DNA of 64,000 bases. Origin: Okamejei kenojei. Taxonomy: Eukaryota. This document shows positions 41,001 to 53,500 of the stretch, piece after piece (position 1 is the stretch's first letter; each line of letters opens with the position of its first letter). The position numbers and the translations under genes were made by a program. Location of the stretch: positions 25,544,001 through 25,608,000 of the forward strand of contig CM069159.1 of assembly GCA_035221665.1 (NCBI GenBank). Direction: 5' to 3'. The notes below the pieces were generated by a model. It made no database searches, was not told where the DNA came from, and saw only the letters and a list, made by a program, of their open reading frames with translations.

Positions 41001-44000
41001 GCTTGTACGGGTCTCACGAGAACACCATCCTCTGTGTCACTTTCACCTTTGGCTTCTTGCTTTTTTTCATTAGAGTTAATGTTGTCATCATCATCCTCTT
41101 TTTCAGAAGTTAACTTATCTGGGGTAGGGGGCTGAACATCGCGACTCTCTGAGTCAAGCAAACTTCCGGGATCACTTCCTCCATGACTTTGTTCAAATAG
41201 CACCTTTTGTTTGCACGTGCAAGAAGAAGAGGTCAGTCAAATTTATTCAGCAGCCACAATGAATTGATCAGCTATTACTTTATCTAACTTAACTAAAAAG
41301 TGCATATCACTCATCTCATAGGTGTTCAAAACAAAATTATGCATTTTGCATGGAATAATTTCTGTCTAAAACAACTCACTCTCCATACCATTTTATAACA
41401 AATCTGTGATTTGTTTCACTTCATTCCACCTGTGAAGCATTTATCACCTCCAAGTATAAATGAAAAAACCTGTCACAAGTATGTTTGATGCTTGGTGTGA
41501 ATTAATTTCAACATAAGAGGTGACAAGGTTATCAGGAATAATTGAGGCAGGATATTTATTGACGTTCATGCGGCCAATAAACACAGCAGCTGAATTCAGT
41601 TAAACATCAAAGAAAAATAAAAACAAATGACAAACGGCAGATATCTCGACTGAGCCATGGGCTGCCATTGAGCAAAAGACATTTAACAGAATAGATGAAG
41701 GTAAACGAGTGAAAGAAGATTACCCCGAGTTGTCTGAAGAAGGGTCTCGACCCGAAATGTCACCTATTCCTATTCTCCAGATATCCGACTGATCCACTGA
41801 GTTGTTCCAGCTTTTTGTGTCTACTCTGAGTTGATAGCTCACCAGCCATTATTATTTTGCTAATTACTTTCTTGTCTTGAATATAAATGAACTAAAAGAT
41901 AGCTTTTGTTAAGAGATACAGTGTGGAAACAGGCCTTCTGGCCCACCTAGTCCATGCTGACCAGCGATCACCTGTACACTAGTTCTATCCTACACATTAG
42001 GGACAATTTATAGAAGCCAATTAACCTACAAACCTGCACATCTGTGGGATGTGGAAGGGAACTGTAGCACCCACAGAAGCCCATGTGGTCACAGGGAGAA
42101 CGTACAACCTCTGTACATAGTCAGGATCGAAACCAGGCCTCTACCACTGCATCACTATGCCACCTGTTCTGGGCGATTTCTGAGGAAATAATTTTTATCA
42201 GCAAATATTTAAATCTACCACCACTAGTTAATGTAAATGGCTTCAAGAAATAGAATCATGAAAATTGCAGAATATTTCCCACTTAAAACAAAATCATTAT
42301 TTTCCATTTTAAGTAACCACTGTATAGTGGAATTATAAAACATGCAAATAATTCTGGGGATAGTTCTAAAATAATACATTTGTTCCTACTTTTCATTAGT
42401 GGGCTCAAAGAGAGAATGGAATTATAAATGAAAACATAATCCACAAGCCATGAAACCTGATTCACAAATTCAGACTCACAAATTTTCCCACGAGAAGACA
42501 TTACTCCTCATAAACCAACTCACTTTTTATTTACCTAATTTTTAAAGTGTTAGACAATGGCAATCAATTTTCCTGTGAACTTGATAAGTTTAAAGGGAGC
42601 ACAGGAAACAACGCCCTGTTGAGCCGAATGTTAGATCATTGAGATTTCCAAGCAATTAGATAGCAAATTATCAAAGTTTTACAAAGTTACCCTCTCAAGA
42701 GTAACTGGCCATGGAAGAATTTGTGACTTGAAATGATCAAGATCAAACACAGAATATTGTTTTGCCATGCATTTTAGTTCCAAATTTATGCAACATATTC
42801 TCCATAGATTTGAAACAAAATCCTATATCTTTTGATATATTTCCTAACTTTTCAAATGGTAATTTTATGTGTCACAGTGCACATTGCTAGGATCTAGTTT
42901 TGTCTATTCCACAAACATAATCTCAATCATTTCTATAAGGAAAATTGTTAAGAGTAAATTTGACAAAGGGAATAAGTGGCATGATGGGGGTGAACGGTTT
43001 TAGAGACATCAGTCTCATGCTAAACAGCTAATCAAAAATCACCTCTTTCTGACTTTCCGCTTCTTCATCAGACACCGGGAGGTTTTGAAGCTCAGGTTCA
43101 GTCCCCTCATCAACATGGTCATGATCTGCATCCTCATCGACTTCTGCACTTTCCTGAATGTTTAAGGAATTGTCAAGTGGTGACATCAATGGCGAGTAAA
43201 ATGATACAACTTTGTTAACTCTGGCTAAATGACTAACTTATCTCTAATGTCAAACCAGCATGGACTTGCAACGTTGTCACACATTCTTAAGATGCATAAT
43301 TAAGAGCAAAGCAATAACAAGTTTAATTGCTGAAAAACACACCAATCACAGAAACATTTCTAGGGAATTACTGAGAAACCCTGCTTATAATCCAGTGAAC
43401 ACAATTGTGCCAAACTTAAATAGGCTTATTCCATCGACAATGAAGACCAAAATCCAAATTATACTGTGAGAAATGTTGCCTTATTATTCTAGTAAGTAGT
43501 GAAAAGTAAGTGAAAGAACACAAAAGAAAATTCATTCTATTGATGACTGTATCCAAGGAGCAGAGGAGGTCTTGCATTCAAATTGTATCACTCCGCTCAG
43601 CGATCTGCGACACCCAAAATGAACAATAGATGTTTTCATGCACCTTCCCTTGTAATTGAGGGAAATCTCTTGGAGCTCATGCATGCAAGGATTGTTCACT
43701 TAGGCTTAGCTCTACATTCTGCATGTTAGGTTGTGAAAAGTAAGTAGATGAAATTCACACACACCCTCAGTAAAGGCAGGCCCGATTGCAGAAAATATAT
43801 AAAAGGCACTGCAGTATAAAGATTGATGAGTATTTTTCAAAAGCAATAAACACACCACATGATGGCTAGCTTTTGATAGCACTTTTAAACAGATTATAAT
43901 GAACTGGTAATGCATTTAAAATATCCTGATCAGAATAAATTCTTACAATTTTTTTGTTTTATTTTTTAGAATTACATAATATAGAACAGTAGCAGGATAA

Positions 44001-44560
44001 AAGATCTTTTCCTCCTTCATGTTTATATTGTTTTACTGACATCCGCTCATATTTTGTGCCTCAATCAGTCAACAAAAACAATGGTAAAAATGAAGGCTAG
44101 AACATCCATCATCAGTCAGGTTAGTGTTGTGCAAGCAGATTTATTTTAAAGAGTAGTTTTAGGTTAATTATTCAAGCCAGATTTAAATTGTACCTAATGA
44201 CAACAACTTGGTAATTGAAATAAGTTTAGTTTTTCCATTTTTCTGAGAGCAAGACAAAAGTAGATAAGACAAATTTCTAACCAAGAGCAAAACAATGTAC
44301 TATAAAAAGAAGAAACATTGGAAATCTAGAAGAAACTTTTGGGCTGAATGGTTGGAATGAGGAACCAGTCACAAGTGATAACTGAGGTGAATAACATAAT
44401 AGCATATGACAGGAGCCAGATATAGGGAACAAATCGAGGCTTATGCAGAATGGGTTAGACAAAAGGGTGTGGGAGAATGCACAAGTGAGCCATAATCATA
44501 TAGGCCTCGTTCTACCCCTCCTCTCCTCCAGCTTTTTCCCCTCTCCAGAAACCCACCCCC

Positions 44561-44596
<36 letters not shown>

Positions 44597-47500
44597 ACCA
44601 AATCAGTTTGAAGAAGTGCCCTGACCTGAAACATCATCTATCCATGTTCTCTGCAGATGCTGCCTGACCCGCTGAGATGCTCCAGCACTTTGTGTTGTCT
44701 ATCATATAGGACCAGTTACACTAAACGGTCTATTCCCTGCTGAACATTCCACGCAATCATATGAAATAACTGTAGTAAACTAGAAAGATAATTCTTATTA
44801 AATCAAAATTACTTTTCCTTTGTTTACTTGCAATCAATGCATTAACACTGGTTAGTGCAGGGAAAATGCAATATGACTGGCACAACTAAATCATTGACAA
44901 GTTATATTTTCTAAAGCACTAATGGTAAAAGATTTTGCTGAGTTCTCTCATTTTCTTTTTTTCTCACACATACACCTCAGATAATTACTAAACTGCTCAA
45001 GCAACCAGGAATTAATTTGGTGTTGCTTTTTGTGAATCCCAGAGGGGAAAATCTAATTACTGTTACCCGATTCGTTCTGCCAGCAGGGGTGGTATTTCAT
45101 CTGTACCACAGCTGGAGAATATACTGGAGATACAATCTTTAACCCTGTGAATAGCAAGGCAATATTAAAAGTATCTACACACATGCCTCAAATAGTATAA
45201 AACGGCTGGAAATTAAAGAAGCAATTAGTGGCTTCACAGAACCCTATTCTACTCTAACAGTCAATGTTTCAGAATAAATGCAGAGGAAGTAAATGCTATT
45301 CTTGCCAGGTCATGCATAGAAAAATGCATCTCCTTTAAAATCATTCTTGACATGGATACTCTCCCCAGCTGGAGACTTTATGATCTTTTGTGACTCTTCC
45401 CATATGAGCGTCTGAAAACAAAAAGTCAATCACACTTAAAGGGAAGATACGAGCACCTTCACGTGGCTAAATGTACATGAACAACTGCTCATGCCCTTTG
45501 TCTGGCTGAGCAGAAAGCCTCTTCATTCTTTGCCTGCCTCTTCAACTTTACCCAAGGAATCACATGTAATAAACACTCTACCCATGCTTGAATGCCTGCT
45601 CAAAATAGTTTTTCAGCACATTCTTCTTGAAACCATCATGTGAAGGTAATATGTTCCACATGTATTGGTCACATCCAACTTGCTCACATTGCTGCCTCAC
45701 GACCCATCTCTTGGTAGCTCCACCAGAGGTCATAGCCTCAGAATTAAAGGGCTCTCGTTTAGAAAGGAGGTGAGGAGAAAGTTCTTTAGTCAGAGGGTTG
45801 TTAATCTGTGGATCATTGCCACAGAGGGCTGTGGAGGCCGTCAGGTGGATACAGAAATAGACAAATTCCTGATTAGAATGGGTGTCATGGGTTATGGGGA
45901 GAAGGCAGGAAAATGGGATTAGGAAGCAGAGATCAGCCATGATTGAATGGCGGAATAGCCTCGATGGGCCGAATGGCATAATTCTATTCCTATAACTTGT
46001 GAACTTGTGAAAAGGGGCTAGAAATGTCATTGAGGAAAAGAGGGGCTTTGGTATAAAAGGCCAAAAAAGGTAGCAAGGTAACAACCTTAGATAATGTTGT
46101 TAAGGAGATAGATGTAGGGGATTCGGCTTTTCGTTAGTTGGGGGCATTGAGTACAAGAGCAGGGAGGTTATGCTCCAACTTTGTGAAACACTGCTTGGAT
46201 CTCAGCAAGGGTAATGCACACAGATCTGATCACCGCACAATAGGAGAGATGTGATAGCACTGGAAAGGTGCAGAGATTCACTAGGATGGAGCACAATTAG
46301 TTACGAACAATGAAGCATATGAGTTATGAGCAAAGACTAGTCTGTTATCCATGATGTGGTGGAGATTAAGAAAGGATAATATGTTTGAGATACTTATAAT
46401 GATGAGCGGTATAGATAGATAGGGTAGACTGCAGGAATCTTTTCCCCATATCAGATTTAACAATAACTACTAAAGGACACTTACTGAGGACAAGAACCGT
46501 AGAGGGGATTTGCAAGGAACCTTTTTCATCCAGAATGTCAGGTACCTGGAATGAACTGATTGAGAGAGTGGTGAAGGCAGAGTCGCTAACAGAATTAAAA
46601 AGATGCTGAGACACTGAAACTACAGCAGGTGCTGGATTTTTATGGATGGGTGCACACAGGTGTGCGCCGACATGGTGGGCCGAATGGCCTATTTCCATTA
46701 TGTATGGGAAAGAACAGCAGATGCTGGTTTAAATCAAAGGTAGACACAAATGCTGGTGTGACTCAGCGGGACAGGTAACATCTCTGGAGAGAAGGAATGG
46801 GTGATGTTTCGGGTTGAGACCCCTCTTCTGCTGTCTCGACCCGAAACGTCACCCATTCCTTGCATCCAGAGATGCTACCTGTCCCGCTGAGTTACTCCAG
46901 CCTTTTGTGTCTACTTTCCATTATGTATGACTCTATAATACCTTATTTGGTTACAGATGTCATAAAAATGCAAGGCACTGTTCTAGGAACAGAAAATGGG
47001 CGCACCTCAGGTTGTGAAATTGTATATTTTTATTGCCACATGCAGTGTACAGGACATTCCATCAGTAAGTAAAGCCCCTGTCCCACTTTTACAACCTAAT
47101 TGGCGACCTCTGCCGAGTTTGCCCTTGACTCATACAAGCAGCATGTCGCCACGAGGTCGTAGCAGGTCTTCGTAACTCTTCCTAATGCTCGTGAGTGGTT
47201 TCCACGTATTCGACGCCTCAAGTAGATTGCGGCGTTTTTTTCAGCCTGATAAAAAATGTCCACGAGCACAAAAAAAAGGTCGGCATGGAAAAAACTGATA
47301 CTTTTTACTCGTAGGTAGGTCGTAGTAGATCGTGATGGTAGTCGTAGGTAGTCGTAGGTCAGTAATTGGCCCGAGAAAAAAAATGCAAACATGCAATCAT
47401 TTTATCATGTGATAAATTTCCAATCGTAGCTAGTCGTAGTTGGTCTTAGGTGTGGAAGACTGAGGTCGAGAGGGGTCATAGGAGGTCATAGACATAGTCG

Positions 47501-50500
47501 TAGGAGGTCATAGATATGGTCGCAGACATAGTCGGAGGAGGTCGTAGACATAGTCGTAGGAGGTCTTTGACTTTGGCGAGTCAACACGACCTTGACATTT
47601 TTTTCAACTCGTCTAGGGTCTTCTAAACTTGTGGATTAGGTTGTCCAAGTGGGACAGGCCCTTAAACAAACTGACAACATCCAGATAAAGTAGCAAAACC
47701 TGTGGTACAGTCTAATAGATAGCAGAAATAGCAAGTAGTGAACTGAAGCATCTGGAGTCAGGCCTCAATCAGGCTTCCACTGATGTTAGGTTCATAGCTA
47801 GAATGGCAGATTTGCAGTTTCAATTCCCTTTTAACAACAGGAAATAAGCACATTATTTCAAAGTCATAAACTGATAGCATCAAAATTAAATCACAGAACT
47901 GTCTCGAATCAAAGCTATTTATAAATGGGGCCCAGTGTGATGTAAATATGTGATCTATTATTAAAAGCAACATCATGCTGAAATTGAATCAAACGCAAGT
48001 TAGATTACAGTTATGGGCAGCACACCAAAGGATGTGCCAACGTTAGAGAGGGTGCAGAGGAGATGCAAGAAGATATTGCTGCAGTTTGAGAACTGCTGTG
48101 AGGAGAGTAGGTAGGCTGGAGAGGACTTCTTTGGAATAAATGACTCGAGGGAGGATTTAATTAAAGTGCATAAAATGATGTGACATCTAATAGAATGGTC
48201 GGCATTAATCCATTTCCTTTATCAGAAAGGTCAACACTCAGGGGCATGGATTTATGACAGTGGTAGGATTAGAGAAGAATCGAGGAGGAAATGTCACCTA
48301 TTGAATAGTGGGAATCTGGAATTCATTGCCCGAGAGGATGGCGAGGCAGAAACTCTCATCACATGTAAAATAATGAGCAACCAAAGAACCATAATCAACA
48401 AGGTTACAGACAAAGACCTGGGAAATGGGATTCATTTAAATAGCACCTTTATTGGCTGGGATAGTCATCTTGAATCAAAAGATCTTCTCTCAATACCTTA
48501 CATTTCTGATTTTCAAAAGCTAGCAATGATATTGATATATGGAAAAAAATAATTTGGAGCTATCACATCTATCCTTCTTTCAATCATGATTCTAATCAAT
48601 TAATACCGAAGGATATCCCAAGTACTCCAGTCTTTGGATTCAAGATGTGATTGGAGAAAAAGACCCAAGAAAGTAATCGAGGCTGCTGCCAAATATATAT
48701 AAAATAGATATAAGCAAGTTGAATAAGAATAAGAATGTCATTGCTCAGGTTCATATCTGGTGCACATGGCAAATAAACACACACTCGCACACTCTCTCTC
48801 TCACATTGTTATCTACATGACAGCCTTCTTCAGTGGAAGGGGTAAAAGAAAAATCAATTCCAATACACTTCATGGCACACATTAAAAACATTGAAGCATT
48901 TAAATTACAGTTAAACCACTCAAGCTTTGTTCTTGCTTACATCAACATTTAAAAGCCACTGCTCAACAAACGTCTTAAATTATACATGTTGTGCACTGAA
49001 TTCAGAAATCAAATGGAACAATAAGCCACTAGTAACCATACTGGGCAATTGTCTTTCATATATCTCACTATCATATTTTTCTGTAGGAAACAAATTTGAA
49101 GAAAACAATTGACACCAAAGAGTCAGTCAACAGACTCAATTGCAGAAATGCATTTAAAATTATAATGACAATCCCTTTGAATATTAAATGCTTATTTCCA
49201 TACTAATTTACATATTTAGCAATGTTAATTGTCTCTCATGTATAATGATTTCTTGCAAGCTTTTTTAGAATGTATTAAAGTCAGAGGCTGTGCAAGCATC
49301 AAGCCACTTTTTTAGCACAGCTGAGGTGTGCTGTGAGATACCAGACTATTAGGCCCATTTTCCAATTCCCTCTTTCTCAGCAAATAACCATCTAGCCCAC
49401 CATCACTCCTCTTTCAGATCTCTAACAATCATTCTTTGCCACAGACGAGAACCATGCAAGGAGCTGAGGGATGTATTAAAGTTAGGTACAGCTTCGACAA
49501 AGCCTTGATGGACAAACACAGGTGTTCACAGTTGTTGCCAGTGGGTATTGAGGGGCTGGGCCCTGTGTAATAAATTCGTAAGATTATCGCAGATGGAATG
49601 ACAAGACGGCACTATGCCGATATAATGTAAATAGTGTAAGCGAATGATTATGATAAAGATATGATTAATGAGAGCAGATAAATGTCCTTTACCGCATAGC
49701 CATAAACTTTCCTGATTAATGTTTTTACCCCTTCCTAACGAAGGTAGAGGCGCAATAAAAATCGCAAAAACCTAACAACTTAAATAAGATACAGTGTGCC
49801 TTGAATTGCCCAATACACACAAGACTTATAGTTCAACTATTTTCTGCCTCTCATTACGTTAGACCTCGAACAATATTTAACAAGAGTCTACGCAATGCTT
49901 GACTGGGTTGTGATTCAGAAGCATCAGAAATACAATTGAGATAATTACTTGTGGCCCATAAATTATTTTATATCAAAGAGTAATTAGGTTATCTTAATTC
50001 TTGCATGATTCAGTAAAAACAAAATACTTTATGGAGTTTCAAAGCCAATTCTACGCTGAGGTAAAGCATTGAAACATTAGCTGCATTATCAACTATTGCC
50101 AATGGAAGGATTCCAAATCTTGCGTTTTTTTTGGTTGCAGCAGGTTTAAGAATCTCGGTGAGAGAACTGTAGGGAGATCAAAAATGATCCATGTCTGAAG
50201 ACTGTGTTCAGAAGCCTCTACCTGCCTGAGGGAATATTCTAGTCCCTTACTTCAACACAACGCAGAAGGAATGCTGCATTGTTGGAAATGTAATCTTGCA
50301 GATGAGACACTAAACTCAGCCACCATCTGCTTACTCAAATTGCAAAATTCAATCCAGCAATACTTTGACAGTGTTTTCCTGGCATCTGTCCGAGGTAACA
50401 TCCTTTCTCAACAAACACCATCAAATAATTGACATTTATGGGTCCTGCCATATGGAAACCAGCACACATATTTACCCGAAAACATTAAAGTCGGCATCAA

Positions 50501-53500
50501 AAGTAATTAACCGATTAAGGGGGAATTTGGGTTATACTGGCTGGATAAAATTACAAAGCAAATATTAATTTTCCTGAATTATAAATTCTTCACACCTAAT
50601 TCTTGTAACCTTTAGTTTTACCCTCTGTTAGTGAAACCTTCCGTTGTCATCTCCAGAGTTGGCATCCTAATGATCTGGCATTCTTCACCTATTATAAACT
50701 ACAGCTTACCCACACCCTTACTATGTATAATAAATACAAGAACAGGTCACACATCACACCTTTGCTTGCTAATACTGGTCCAGGTCAACCAATGCATCAT
50801 ACTTAAAATGTACATTTTTGATTAAACAGTTTCCATTTTTCTTTTGTAATGCATCTGAACTTTGACTAGTATTTTGTACACAGCCAATGGCTGTGCAATA
50901 CCCACCTGGGTACCACTAAATGGAACTCCCTTTCTAAATGAATTGGACTTTTTACCCCTCTCTTTAATAAACTCCTAATGCACTTTTGGGTACAAGCTAT
51001 TGATGAGCATTTTTAAACTCTCCTCTTTGAGTTTGCTGTTTGCTTTGCTTTTCATGTTCGTAAGTGTTAGGAACAGAATTAAGCCATTCGGCCCATCAAG
51101 TCTCCTCCACCATTCAATTATGGCTGATCTATGTCTCCTTCCTAACCCCATTTTCCTATCTTCTCCCCATAACCCCTGACAGCCGTACTAATCAAGAATA
51201 TCTCTATCTCTGCCTTAAAAAGTATCCATTGACTTGGCCTTCAGCCTTCTGTGGCAATGAACTCCACCGATTCACCACCCGCTGACTAAATAAATTCCTC
51301 CTCATCTCCTGAAGGAACATCCTTTGATTCTGAGGCTATGACCTATTTTCTCTCGTATCGCAGTAAAATTAATAATATTTTCTATCTTATTCGTGTAAGA
51401 TATAAGTCCCACCATATAGATTCAACATCCAATGAATTACTTGAACATAACGTTAGCCTCAAGTTAGCAATAGATATAAATTCAGAAAGAATTCATCCAA
51501 CTCACTGATAGCTGTGGCTTTGTTCATCAACTTTTACTGCTATGAAGAGGATAGTAATATAGATTGCTCTGTCAGTGGGCACTATTTGGTGTAGATCTGA
51601 TTGAAGAGGTTTGCCTGCTGTTTGCAGCATTTAATACAAGCTTCCAGTATTGAGGGGTTATCCACTGCACAATCAAAAGTGTTGTACACAGAAGATAACA
51701 TAAGAAATTAATACCACCAAACACTGAAAACCTGCAGTATAATCCATTCCAAACAAACTACATAAAAACATATTGGATGCAGGTATTGGATATTATGGAT
51801 ATTGGATGTGGTTTATCTGGACACTGCACCTGTTGTTATATACTCAGCAACATTCAAGTTTGCTGACAAGATATGATGAGTACACATTCGTAGCAGGAAT
51901 CCTCAGTGTCACCATGGCCACAACACCACACATATGTGGTGCCTTTAATGTAGTAAGATTCCCTGGATACAGCTGTGCGTAGGGTGTTTTGCTTGGAGTG
52001 GGGGGGGGAGGATCAATACTGAGAAGGGGATTAGCATCAGCATAGCTTGTAAAAGTTAATGTCAGAGAGAGATATTGAAGACAATTTGTAATGTGGAAAG
52101 AGATGCTACAAGGACATAGGCAGAGAGATATCACCAGTGGAGCTGGATAGATAGATATGTCTGATTTAAGAGCAGCGCCCAAGGGGGAAAGAGACCCAGT
52201 ATAAAACAAACACTTAAAAACTACATTTTCACTTTGTTACAAAGAAGTACTCTAATAAATGCATTCCCAATTTTTCCTTCACTTTTACACATCCCCACTG
52301 TCTGCTATTCCGGATACAACCACCTTCCATGATCAAAGCACAGCGAGGGAGAAAGAACAGAAAGTACACAAGGACAGAGGGAGGTAGGTGAATACCAGAA
52401 GCATCTTTCAAACATCCTGAAGGGCCTTTTTAGATGGGAACACCTTGAAGTCTCAAAGAACTTATGATACAGACCTCAAATGGCAAATCAAAATCACCAA
52501 AATAGCAAGATAAAATAATGTATCTTAGAAGATGGTGTACACTTCTTAATTCCTGATGGGAACAATGGCACACATATACTTAAATATAAAAAAATATCCA
52601 CAATGCTGAATAATCTGTGGCTACTTCGAACAGATAGTATATAAAGTTGGAACTGACAAACAAGGTAGCTCCAACAAAACGCAACAAGAAAGTCGGACAT
52701 GGCAGTTATTAGCACAGAGTAAAGGGGATGAAGGTAAAATGACAACTGGCTTTGCTTGACTACAACAAATGTATATTGATTATGATGGGACTTTGTTCTC
52801 TGTTTTATCTAAAAGGCTGCACAAACAACAGATGGCAAACTCTCAAAGCCGTGGGTTAGACAGTGCCCGATCTGAACAATGTTTCCCAGTTGTGTCCTAC
52901 TGCCCTCTTCTGGAAGTTTTGGTCCAAAATTGTTTTCAGGGCAAGAGAATAAAAAGGAATTGTAAGCAATCATGCGTTATCACATGGAACCATTCACACC
53001 TCGGTTAAAGTCAGGGCTATTTCTGCCCCAATGAGCTTTACAATTTGTAGTGTTTTTACTGAGCACAGCTTGGCTCATGGAGTGATGTAGTGAATAAGAA
53101 ATCTTCTAGTTCTTGAGGGCATCTTTAAAAAATCTGTTTTATTTACCCACAATGAAGCTTTCACTTAACAATATCCATTTTCAGTTTTTTAACTGAAATG
53201 GAACTCTCTCTATATATAATCTTTTAAAGTTAATGAGTAGGTTTGATAATTACCCCCAGTGCATTTGTCAGTAATCAGTTCCTAGGAAGCAAATAAAACT
53301 TGCAAACACAATATTACTAAATCAAGCTGACACGCAGATCCCATGCTGTCACTGTCTGCTTCATCTTCTTTTAATGTATACAACTCCACTGCTCAGTACA
53401 CCTAACACACAAATAAAGCTAATTTGCTCCTTTGAATTCAAAGCAAATTATTTTAGCACCAGATTCTTGCTGCCAAAGTAGTTTAATGGCTTGACACCAT

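Noticed and set aside
47330-47565. CRISPR-like repeat array
   Set aside because: Vertebrate DNA, no unique spacers, lies inside a TIR element
51500-51670. Possible minus-strand exon
   Set aside because: Stops in the tested frames; no homology
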